From Gammaproteobacteria bacterium (GTDB taxonomy: Bacteria > Pseudomonadota > Gammaproteobacteria > SG8-11), in contig JANOOV010000417.1 in NCBI GenBank assembly GCA_031421535.1, positions 1 through 36,789 on the forward strand: 36,789 bases of DNA, read 5' to 3'. Under the pieces are notes generated by a model. That model was not told where the DNA came from. It did no database searches and saw only the letters and a program-made list of their open reading frames with translations. The stretch's first letter is position 1. Each line of letters starts with the position of its first letter. Made by a program: the position numbers and the translations under genes. Below are positions 15,954-24,195 of this stretch, one piece after another.

Positions 15954-17080
15954 GGGCTACTTGCCACGGGTTGCGGTGCTTTTTTGCGCTTGCGTAATTG
16001 CGCCAGCAATCCCACGATGCCCTGCGGCAGAAATAACGTCACGATCACGAACAGGCCACCCAGCGCAAACAGCCACACGTCCGGCAGGGCCGCAGTGAAG
16101 TAGGTTTTTCCGTAATTGACAAGAACCGCGCCCGCAACCGCGCCGTAGAGTGTGGCACGCCCCCCGACTGCAACCCACACCACCAGCTCAATGGAATTCA
16201 ACGGCGAAAATTCGCCCGGATTGATAATGCCAACCTGCGGCACATACAGCGCACCGGCGATACCGGCCAGCACGGCGGAGAAAGTGAAGATCCACAACTT
16301 GTAGTGCTCGACCTGATAGCCGACAAAGCGCGCGCGGCTTTCGGCGTCGCGCACCGCCGTGACGACGCGCCCGAGTTTGGAATTCACCACGTAGCGGCAG
16401 GCGAGATATCCCAGCGCCAGCGCCACGGCCGAAGCAAAAAACAACGCGGCACGCATGCCGTCACTTTGCAAGTTGAAGCCCAGCAGATCTTTGAAATCGG
16501 TCAGGCCGTTGTTGCCGCCGAAACCCATTTCATTGCGGAAGAACGCCAGCATCAATGCAAAGGTGAGTGCCTGGGTGATGATGGACAGATACACGCCGGT
16601 GACGCGCGAGCGAAACGCAAACCAGCCGAACGCAAAGGCGAGCAAGCCGGGCACCACCATCACCATCAGCATCGCAAACCAGAATTGATCGAAGCCATAC
16701 CAGTACCACGGCAGTTCTTTCCAGTTCAGAAACACCATGAAGTCCGGCAGCTCCGCATTGCCGTACACACCCCGGTCGCCGACCTGTCGCATCAGGTACA
16801 TGCCCATCGCATAACCGCCCAACGCGAAAAATGCGCCGTGGCCCAAGCTCAAAATGCCGCAATAACCCCACACCAAATCCATCGCCAGCGCCAGTAATGC
16901 AAAGCACAGGTACTTGCCCAGCAGCGTCACGGTGTAAGTGGACAGATGCAGCGGGTTGGATTCCGGCACCATCAAGTTGAGCAGCGGCACGACGACCGCG
17001 ACCATCGCCAGAATAGCCAAAAATATTTGGCCACCGTGGTCGGCGCGGAGCGCAGCAAAAAATGCGGGGATGTTTTTCAT
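15950..17080 (-). CDS. urtC: urea ABC transporter permease UrtC
   Basis: LLGKYLCFALLALAMDLVWGYCGILSLGHGAFFALGGYAMGMYLM and the UrtC-typical LPDFMVFLNWKELPWYW loop. ATGA overlap with urtD. Confidence 0.8.
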   Translation of the reverse strand: MKNIPAFFAALRADHGGQIFLAILAMVAVVVPLLNLMVPESNPLHLSTYTVTLLGKYLCFALLALAMDLVWGYCGILSLGHGAFFALGGYAMGMYLMRQVGDRGVYGNAELPDFMVFLNWKELPWYWYGFDQFWFAMLMVMVVPGLLAFAFGWFAFRSRVTGVYLSIITQALTFALMLAFFRNEMGFGGNNGLTDFKDLLGFNLQSDGMRAALFFASAVALALGYLACRYVVNSKLGRVVTAVRDAESRARFVGYQVEHYKLWIFTFSAVLAGIAGALYVPQVGIINPGEFSPLNSIELVVWVAVGGRATLYGAVAGAVLVNYGKTYFTAALPDVWLFALGGLFVIVTLFLPQGIVGLLAQLRKRKKAPQPVASSP

Positions 17081-17157
17081 TGCAAAATAGTTTTGTCAGG
17101 TTGAGTCGTGACGTCTATTTTGGCATACGCGGGATTTTACGCTATCTCCTTATCGAC

Positions 17158-19347
17158 TTACTTGCCGCTGAGCGTGTAGGCACCGTCCCAATCCGGTGCC
17201 GGTGGGAGGAGCGCGTATGCATCGCAGCGGGCGACAAAAATTTCGCGTAATCGATCCGAGGGCAAGGTCTGGTACAAGGTGCGCGCTTCGGACCATTGGC
17301 GTTGTTGATAGTGCTCGAAAGCCCGCGCCGTGGTTTCACACAGTGCACGTGCCGTGGCTAACTCGTCCGCATCCGCAAACGGCAGCGGTGCGTAAATACG
17401 AATGGCGTGTGTTTTGCCTTTGACGCGCACGCTGTCAATCAGGCGGCAGGGGAACTCGGCACGAACCTGAGTCCAGGTGTTTTCAGTAATCAATGCCGGG
17501 CAAGCGTAGATTTTTGTGAGTCCCTCCAGACGTGCGGCGAGATTCACATTGTCGCCGATGGCGGTATAGGCGAGCTTTTTTTCCGAACCGATGTTGCCCA
17601 GCACCGCCTCGCCGGTATTGATGCCGATGCCGATTGAAATCGGCGCGACATCAAGCGCGATGAGCCGGGTATTTACATCACGCACCGCTTGCAGCATGCG
17701 CAGGGCGGCGCGCACCGCTTGCAGCGCATGCTGTTCATCGCGCACCGGCGCGCCCCAGAACGCCATGATGGCGTCGCCGATGAATTTGTCGATGGTCGCC
17801 TGGTGTGCAAACAACACGTCGGTCATCGCCGAAAAATAAATGTTGAGCATTTCAACGATTCTTTCCGGCGCCAAGGTTTCCGACATGCCGGTGAAGTTGC
17901 GGATGTCGGCGAACAACACGGTAATGTTTTCCCGATGGCCCACTTCGGCGCGCAGGTAGTTTGCATATTTGTCCACCACCTCGGCGAGCACTGCAGGCGA
18001 GACATATTGTGCGAGCACGCGGCGCACGCGCCGCTTGTCCTTGCCCTCGGTGAAAAACAAAAAACTGAAGGCGGCAAACCACGCGCAAAACGCCGCCGCC
18101 ATCGGTGTCATCATGTCCACCACTACGCCGTAGCGGAATGCGATTGCCGCGCCGCTGCCGAACAACAGCAGCAGCGTGAATAGCAATGCGAGCTTTAAAG
18201 TCACCTGGCGTAACGCCAGCGCGGCCAGTGCCCCGAGCAACGCGAGTGCCGCACTGATACTCCACGTGCCAGTGCTTGATAAGGGTTGCAGGAAATCGCC
18301 GCGCAGCAGATTACCGGCCACTGACGCGTGCAGGTAGACACCGGCAGTTTTGGCAGATAGTGCAGTTGCTTTCAGATCGTGCACGCCCACGGCGTCGGCA
18401 CCGACAAACACGATGCGGTCGGTGAATTCGTCCGGGTTTACCAGCAGGTGCTCGACGTCGCCTTCATTGAGCTGTTTAAGTGACGCAATCAAACCACTGT
18501 ACGAGTAAGCATTGAATTTTCCGTATTGGTTGATCAGCAACTGGCCGGAGGAGTCGAGCGGAATGCTGAGTGTATCCAGGCGCAGTGTTGCCGCGTGCGA
18601 TTGCAATGTCGTCGGGCGCAAGCTGTCGAGCACCGGCGCCAATGCCAGGGCAGGGTACAGGTCATTGCCGAAGGCATGCAGTAACGGCATGCGTCGATAG
18701 CGCCCGTCGCGATCCGGCTCGGCCCGCACCACACCCACGCCGCGCGCCGCCTGCCACAGGCCATCGATGGGGATTTCAAAATCGTTGTATTCGCTGGGCG
18801 CAGTCGAGGTGGGTTCAACGCGTAAGTGCCGCTGCAACGACCAACGTTCCGTAAAGTCAGCGGGCAGTTGTGACTGCAACACCTGGGCGCGCGCGCCGTC
18901 CGGCGGCTCGGTGAGAAACTGCATCGCATGGTAGGTAAAGCCACTTTGGCGCGTGGTGTCGATCAGGCGTTGATCGTGGGCGCTCAGCGCGCCGGGGCGA
19001 TTCACGTCACGCTGGTTCTCGACAAATAACAGGTCGAACACCACGGCGCGCGGTTTGCCGCGCGCCAAAAAGTCGAGCAGGTCAGCGTGCACCGAGCGTG
19101 GCCACGGCCAGCGTCCGGCGTCGCGATTCAGGTATTGCAGTGAGGCTTCGTCAATCAAAATCACCGCGATCTCCGACGGCGCGGGTTTGTCGGTATTGAA
19201 CCAGCGCAGCCGTGCGTCGTAACTCATCCACTCCAGGGGTTGCAGCATCCCCGACGCCGTCATGCCGCCGACAAACACGATGCCGATCAAGGCCGATGCC
19301 ATGCCCCGCAGTGTGGTGGTCAGGTGCGCGCGCGTTAGACGAATCAC
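17158..19347 (-). CDS. CHASE2 sensor - transmembrane - class III nucleotide cyclase (probably adenylate cyclase)
   Basis: The N-terminal CHASE2-type periplasmic region (AVILIDEASL...WPWPRSVHADLL...VVFDLLF) is followed by 3-4 hydrophobic helices and a cyclase core (VLFADIRNFTGMSE, DKFIGDAIMAFWGAP, GINTGEAVLGNIG, YTAIGDNVNLAARLE). GTG start. Confidence 0.85.
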   Translation of the reverse strand: MIRLTRAHLTTTLRGMASALIGIVFVGGMTASGMLQPLEWMSYDARLRWFNTDKPAPSEIAVILIDEASLQYLNRDAGRWPWPRSVHADLLDFLARGKPRAVVFDLLFVENQRDVNRPGALSAHDQRLIDTTRQSGFTYHAMQFLTEPPDGARAQVLQSQLPADFTERWSLQRHLRVEPTSTAPSEYNDFEIPIDGLWQAARGVGVVRAEPDRDGRYRRMPLLHAFGNDLYPALALAPVLDSLRPTTLQSHAATLRLDTLSIPLDSSGQLLINQYGKFNAYSYSGLIASLKQLNEGDVEHLLVNPDEFTDRIVFVGADAVGVHDLKATALSAKTAGVYLHASVAGNLLRGDFLQPLSSTGTWSISAALALLGALAALALRQVTLKLALLFTLLLLFGSGAAIAFRYGVVVDMMTPMAAAFCAWFAAFSFLFFTEGKDKRRVRRVLAQYVSPAVLAEVVDKYANYLRAEVGHRENITVLFADIRNFTGMSETLAPERIVEMLNIYFSAMTDVLFAHQATIDKFIGDAIMAFWGAPVRDEQHALQAVRAALRMLQAVRDVNTRLIALDVAPISIGIGINTGEAVLGNIGSEKKLAYTAIGDNVNLAARLEGLTKIYACPALITENTWTQVRAEFPCRLIDSVRVKGKTHAIRIYAPLPFADADELATARALCETTARAFEHYQQRQWSEARTLYQTLPSDRLREIFVARCDAYALLPPAPDWDGAYTLSGK

Positions 19348-19389
19348 AGCTCGTGTAACGGAAACACCTAACAGGACTTGAGAGATTAT

Positions 19390-19467
19390 GGAGTGCGGCG
19401 GCTTGCCGCCGCTGTTAAAGCCGGGGCAAGCCCCGGAAATTCAAGCGGGAGCAAGCTCCCGCACTCC
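19390..19467. other. 78-nt GC-rich triple-hairpin element closed by a 5-bp helix (cloverleaf-like); candidate structured RNA or DNA element
   Basis: The closing helix is GGAGT (19390-94) with ACTCC (19463-67). H1 is gcggcgg-CTTG-ccgccgc (19395-19412), H2 is ccgggg-CAAG-ccccgg (19421-19436), and H3 is gcgggag-CAAG-ctcccgc (19445-19462). Both linkers are 8 nt. Confidence 0.5.
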
Positions 19468-19553
19468 GCATCCAGGGTTCATTTTTTTTCGATACCCGCT
19501 ATGCTCAGGGGGTATGCTTGACGTTTTTATAAAAAGGGTTGGCAGGGAAAATT

Positions 19554-21554
19554 ATGCAGAATGCTTTTGCGCGGTTTCTGGCGTTGCGCAGTTGGTCGTT
19601 GCGCAGCAAAGTAAATTTGACGGTGGGGCTGTGTTTTTTGTTGGTGATGACCCTGGTCACAACCTACAACGCGCGCCGCGAAACCGCGCGCCTGACGCAG
19701 TTTGCCGAAGAGCAGACCAAAGACCTGACCACGTTTTATTTCGACAGCCTGAATACCATGATGCTCACCGGCACCATGGATCAACGCACGATTTTGCGCA
19801 AAAAAGTTCTGGCGCGGCGTGCGGTGGTCGATGCGCGCGTGGTGCGCGGCGAGCCGGTCAAGCAACAGTTCGGCCCCGGTTATCCGGAAGAACAGCCGCT
19901 GGACGATTTTGACCGGCGTGCGCTGGCCGGTGAGGAAATTTCCGTTATTGAAGACCGTGACGGCAAACGTGTAATGACGGTGCTCACGCCGTTTCGCGCC
20001 ACCGAAAACACCCGCAACGTCAATTGCTTGCAGTGTCATCACGTGACTTCGGGCGCGATCAACGGCGCGGTGCGTATCAGTTTTTCACTGGAGAAGCTCG
20101 ACGCTTCCGTACGCCAGGAAGTGTGGGTGTCGATTCTTGCCAATTTTGCGTTGCTGGCAACCGGGCTGCTGCTGGTGAATCTGGTGATGCGGGCCTGGGT
20201 TACTAATCCGCTGGCGCAATTGATGAAGGTGGTGCATCGGCGTGCGGCAGGTGAGGAAAGCGTGCGTGCCGAAGTGACGAGCGAGGATGAAGTCGGTCGG
20301 CTGGCGGCGGCATTCAATACGCTGGCGGAAAATATCATGATCGGCGCCAAACGCGAGCATGACTCGGCCGCAGAGTTGCGTTCTAAAGTCGCGCGGCTGC
20401 TGGACGTGATTCATAAAGTGACCGACGGCGACTACGACGTGGACGTCGGCTTCAGCGGGACGGACGCCATCGGTGATCTGGCCGGTAATTTGCAGATCAT
20501 GATCACCTACATTCGCAACTCCATTGAAGAAAAACGCGCGGCGGTGGAAGTTTTACGTCGGCAGGTGGATGAAATTCTCGGCGTGGTGACCAAGGCGGCG
20601 GAAGGTAATCTTACCGGGCGCATCACGCTTGCCAACAGCGACGCCATCGGCCAGTTGGCGAGCGGCGTGCAGCGCATGATCGACAGCCTGAGCAGTCTGG
20701 TGGCGCAGGTGCAGCGCTCCGGTATTCAAGTGGCGTCGTCCACCACCGAGATTGCCGCGACGTCCAAGCAGCAGGACGCGACCGCCGCCGAACAGGCGGC
20801 CACCACCAACGAAATTGTCACGACCGCAACGCAAATTTCCGCGACCTCGAAAGAACTGGAAAGCACCATGAACGAAGTTGCCGGAATCGCCGAAGTCGCG
20901 GCACGTTCCGCGACGCTCGGGCAGGCGGGCTTGGCGCGCATGCAAACCACCATGGGACAGATCGTGGACGCTTCCGGTTCGATTGGCGCAAAACTGGAAA
21001 TCCTGAATGAAAAAGCCGGCAACATCGGCATGGTGGTGACGACCATCAATAAAGTCGCCGATCAAACCAATCTGTTGTCACTCAACGCCGCCATTGAAGC
21101 CGAAAAAGCCGGTGAATACGGTTTTGGCTTTGCGGTGGTCGCGCGCGAAATCCGCCGCCTGGCCGATCAAACGGCGGTGGCGACGCTGGATATCGAACAG
21201 TCGGTGAAAGAAATGCAAAGCGCGGTCTCGGCCGGTGTGATGAGCATGGAAAAATTCTCCGATCAGGTGCGCCGCAGCGTGGACGATGTGACGCAGGTCA
21301 GCCAGCAGCTCGCGCAGGTCATCGATCAGGTGCAGGAACTGCGGCCGCGCTTTGAGTCGGTACATCAAAGCATGCACTTGCAGGCCAAAGGCGCGGAACA
21401 TATTCATCAGTCGATGACCCTGCTCAATGAGTCGGCGCAGCACACGGCGGATTCGATTCGCCAGTCCAACGCGGCCATCGAGCGCCTTAACGACGCCGCG
21501 CATAACCTGCAAAACGGCGTGACCAAGTTCAAGGTGCGCAAGGACGCTGATTGA
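19554..21554 (+). CDS. wspA: methyl-accepting chemotaxis protein, WspA-position receptor with periplasmic CXXCH (heme c) sensor domain and multiple HAMP repeats
   Basis: ATG 19554 has an AGGGA RBS. Two TM segments flank a ~150-aa domain containing NCLQCHH. HAMP-like repeats follow ([35 protein letters not shown]), then the signalling hairpin [34 protein letters not shown]. Confidence 0.85.
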   Translation: MQNAFARFLALRSWSLRSKVNLTVGLCFLLVMTLVTTYNARRETARLTQFAEEQTKDLTTFYFDSLNTMMLTGTMDQRTILRKKVLARRAVVDARVVRGEPVKQQFGPGYPEEQPLDDFDRRALAGEEISVIEDRDGKRVMTVLTPFRATENTRNVNCLQCHHVTSGAINGAVRISFSLEKLDASVRQEVWVSILANFALLATGLLLVNLVMRAWVTNPLAQLMKVVHRRAAGEESVRAEVTSEDEVGRLAAAFNTLAENIMIGAKREHDSAAELRSKVARLLDVIHKVTDGDYDVDVGFSGTDAIGDLAGNLQIMITYIRNSIEEKRAAVEVLRRQVDEILGVVTKAAEGNLTGRITLANSDAIGQLASGVQRMIDSLSSLVAQVQRSGIQVASSTTEIAATSKQQDATAAEQAATTNEIVTTATQISATSKELESTMNEVAGIAEVAARSATLGQAGLARMQTTMGQIVDASGSIGAKLEILNEKAGNIGMVVTTINKVADQTNLLSLNAAIEAEKAGEYGFGFAVVAREIRRLADQTAVATLDIEQSVKEMQSAVSAGVMSMEKFSDQVRRSVDDVTQVSQQLAQVIDQVQELRPRFESVHQSMHLQAKGAEHIHQSMTLLNESAQHTADSIRQSNAAIERLNDAAHNLQNGVTKFKVRKDAD

Positions 21555-22015
21555 TGCTGTATTTGTTATTCCACGTCAACGATGAAAGCTACGCGGTGGA
21601 TGTGCGCGAAGTGATCGAAGTCGTACCCAAGGTGAAGTTGCGCTCCATTCCCAAGGCGCCGGATTATGTTGCGGGACTGCTCAATTATCGCGGCGCGAGT
21701 GTGCCGGTGCTTGACTTGTGCATGCTGTTGCACGAAAGGAAGTGCGCGGCGGTGTTCAGCAGCCGCATTGTGCTGATGAAATATCCGGACGCACACGCAG
21801 TGGCACGCGTACTCGGTCTGTTGGCGGAGCAGGTGACCGATACCCTGCAATGCACCGCCGAAGCGTTTCGCCCCAGTACGCTGCTGCATACGGCGGCGCC
21901 GTATTTGCGTGAGGTGACGACGTACCGCGATCATCTGGTGCAGCGCATCGACGTCAGCGCCTTGCTGCCGACCAAAGTTCAGGCACTGCTGTTTCAACCT
22001 AGAAACGGCAGTTGA
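21554..22015 (+). CDS. wspB: CheW-like coupling protein (WspB position)
   Basis: The CheW fold is readable (YAVDVREVIEVVP..IPKAPDYVAGLLNYRGASVPVLDL). Its ATG overlaps the MCP stop (TGATG). The last five codons and the stop are MITE-C sequence. Confidence 0.8.
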   Translation: MLYLLFHVNDESYAVDVREVIEVVPKVKLRSIPKAPDYVAGLLNYRGASVPVLDLCMLLHERKCAAVFSSRIVLMKYPDAHAVARVLGLLAEQVTDTLQCTAEAFRPSTLLHTAAPYLREVTTYRDHLVQRIDVSALLPTKVQALLFQPRNGS

Positions 22016-22234
22016 CCGCTGCAAGGCACAAGCAAGTGAAAACCGGTATTGACCTTTTTGGCTCAGGCAAGCTTCACCCTTTGGGTGAGGCCCGCTACGG
22101 CGTGTGGAGCACGCCCCGTTGTGCGCATGGCTTTGTTGCAACTCGTCGGAATAGCTCGCTATTCCTCGCTCGTTACGCCTCGCCCTGCACCCAACGGGTC
22201 GCACTCCACACGCCGTTCAACTGCCGTTTCTAGG
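21998..22234 (+). mobile_element. MITE-like element, copy C (237 bp), inserted between wspB and wspC
   Basis: The ends are CCTAGAAACGGCAGTTGA...TCAACTGCCGTTTCTAGG. The direct repeat TTCAA flanks it at 21993-21997 and 22235-22239. Confidence 0.85.
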
Positions 22235-22244
22235 TTCAATAATC

Positions 22245-23492
22245 ATGCCGCTCAAAGCCATCAAGGATTTATTAAGGCAAACCATCGGTCTGAATGTCAG
22301 TTCGGTGGGGGCATCGAATTTTGAACGTGCGGTGCGGCAGCGCATGAAGTCGCTTGGGATTCAAGAGGTGCACGCTTACAGCCTGAAGCTGCGCCATGCC
22401 GATGAGATGCGCGAACTCATCGACGAAGTCGTCGTGCCTGAAACCTGGTTTTTCCGTAATCCGGCGTCGTTTACCGCCCTGCAGCAATTTGCCGTCGGGC
22501 GCCGGGCAGGGCGCGCCAACGGCAGAAAACTCATGGTGCTGAGCATGCCCTGCTCAACCGGTGAAGAACCGTACACCATCGCCATGGCCCTGGATCAGGC
22601 CGGATTGCAGCCGAATGAATATCAGATCGATGCGTTCGATATCAGTCAACGGTTGCTGACCAAGGCGAAACGCGGTGTGTATGGGCGCAATTCGTTTCGC
22701 AATAAAGAGAACGAATTCAGGGACCGGTATTTCGACCTGGTCGGCGGCATCTACGTTTTAAATGACACGCTGCGCAACGCGGTTAATTTTCAGCAAGGCA
22801 ATTTGCTGGATAAACATTTCGGTATCGGCGGGCAACTCTACGACGTGATTTTCTGCCGGAATTTACTGATTTATTTTGATCGCGACACGCAAAATCTGGC
22901 GATGTGGAAATTTCATAACATGCTGGCGGACGACGGCCTGTTATTGCTTGGGCATGCGGAAACGCCGGATTTTCTGCGCGGCAATTTCACCCGCTCGGAA
23001 TATGCGCGGTCGTTTTCCCACCACAAGGTGGTGCACGGCGCCGCATCAGTAAAGGCAGGCGGGGCGCCGTCCGCTAAAACAAAAACAACTGCGCCCTTCC
23101 CGTCGTACGCCAAACCGCGTCTGGAATTTTTGGAAACTGTCGATCTCAAGAGCGCCGCCCCATTGCCGCAAACCGACGCCGCGATACTGCGTGATGCGGC
23201 CCGCCTGGCCAACCGGGGTGAGTTACGCGAGGCGGGCGCCCTGTGCGAAAACTACTTACGCGAACATACGACTTCAGCGCAGGCTTATTACCTGTTGGGT
23301 TTGGTGCGCGAAGCGGAAGGCAAGCACCAGCTGGTGGGCGAATTGTTCAAAAAAGCGGTGTATCTCGACCCCAATCATTACGAGGCCATGATCCATCTGG
23401 CGTTGCATCTGGTGCGTTACGGTGATGCCGACAGCGCCAGGAGTTTGCAGCAACGTGCGCAGCGGGTCTTGAGCAGAAAGAAGCCGGAATAA
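22245..23492 (+). CDS. wspC: CheR-type methyltransferase with C-terminal TPR (WspC position)
   Basis: ETWFFRN, SMPCSTGEEPYTIAMAL and IFCRNLLIYF, followed by TPR-like AQAYYLLGLVREAEGKHQLVGELFKKAVYLDPNHYEAM. Confidence 0.85.
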   Translation: MPLKAIKDLLRQTIGLNVSSVGASNFERAVRQRMKSLGIQEVHAYSLKLRHADEMRELIDEVVVPETWFFRNPASFTALQQFAVGRRAGRANGRKLMVLSMPCSTGEEPYTIAMALDQAGLQPNEYQIDAFDISQRLLTKAKRGVYGRNSFRNKENEFRDRYFDLVGGIYVLNDTLRNAVNFQQGNLLDKHFGIGGQLYDVIFCRNLLIYFDRDTQNLAMWKFHNMLADDGLLLLGHAETPDFLRGNFTRSEYARSFSHHKVVHGAASVKAGGAPSAKTKTTAPFPSYAKPRLEFLETVDLKSAAPLPQTDAAILRDAARLANRGELREAGALCENYLREHTTSAQAYYLLGLVREAEGKHQLVGELFKKAVYLDPNHYEAMIHLALHLVRYGDADSARSLQQRAQRVLSRKKPE

Positions 23493-23499
23493 TCCATCT

Positions 23500-24195
23500 A
23501 TGCCTGATCCCAAGCACGACATGACAACCGCCCAGATCGTCAATTGCTGGAACAGCATCGGCGTGTGGGGTCGGGAACGGCCACGTTGTCCGGTGTTACT
23601 GGAAGTTATTCATTGCCGCAATTGCGACCAATACATTGCGGCCGGACAGCGTGTGCTGCAACGGCCGATGCCCAAAGAATATCAGCAGGAGTGGACGCGC
23701 CTGCTGGCGCACAAGAAAGACACCGATGCCGGGCACCACTTGATGATTATTGTTTTTCGCATTGGTAATGAGTGGTTTTCATTGCCGGTCAATTATTTGC
23801 AACACGTCGAAACACGGCGCGCGATTCACAGCGTTCCGCATCGCAACTCCGCCATCGTAAAAGGCGTCGTCAATATCGATGGCAAAGTGAAAATGTGTTT
23901 TTCACTAGGTGCATTGCTGGGCATCACCGAATCGGCGACGGCGTCGGACTCGACCCGGCGCACCGCCGTTTACGAAGGACTGGTGGTATTGAAGAACGCC
24001 GGGCGCAGCTACGTATTCCCGGTGACCGAGGCGTTGGAGCTGGCGCGCATTTCACTTGAAGAATTAACCGCAGTTCCGTCCACGGTATCCGCAGTCTCAG
24101 CCAGTTATTTGCTGGGTCTTGTGCAGTATGCCGGGCACCGCATCGGGCACCTGGATGCCGATCTGGTCATGGCCGGTTTCGAGCGCAGTCTCTAA
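23500..24195 (+). CDS. wspD: CheW-like protein with N-terminal four-Cys motif (WspD position)
   Basis: The N-terminus is CWNSIGVWGRERPRCPVLLEVIHCRNC. The CheW domain follows (IIVFRIGNEWFSLPVNYL...VKGVVNIDGKV). Confidence 0.8.
   Translation: MPDPKHDMTTAQIVNCWNSIGVWGRERPRCPVLLEVIHCRNCDQYIAAGQRVLQRPMPKEYQQEWTRLLAHKKDTDAGHHLMIIVFRIGNEWFSLPVNYLQHVETRRAIHSVPHRNSAIVKGVVNIDGKVKMCFSLGALLGITESATASDSTRRTAVYEGLVVLKNAGRSYVFPVTEALELARISLEELTAVPSTVSAVSASYLLGLVQYAGHRIGHLDADLVMAGFERSL

Noticed and set aside
19395-19462. Possibility that the three GC hairpins are a mini CRISPR array or REP/BIME cluster
   Set aside because: The three stems have different sequences. There are no repeat-spacer units, no identical repeats and no cas genes, and no other copy occurs in the window.
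19388-19912. 174-aa ORF starting in the triple-hairpin element and overlapping the MCP gene out of frame
   Set aside because: It begins inside palindromic GC hairpins and then shadows the strongly supported MCP reading frame. It is not coding.
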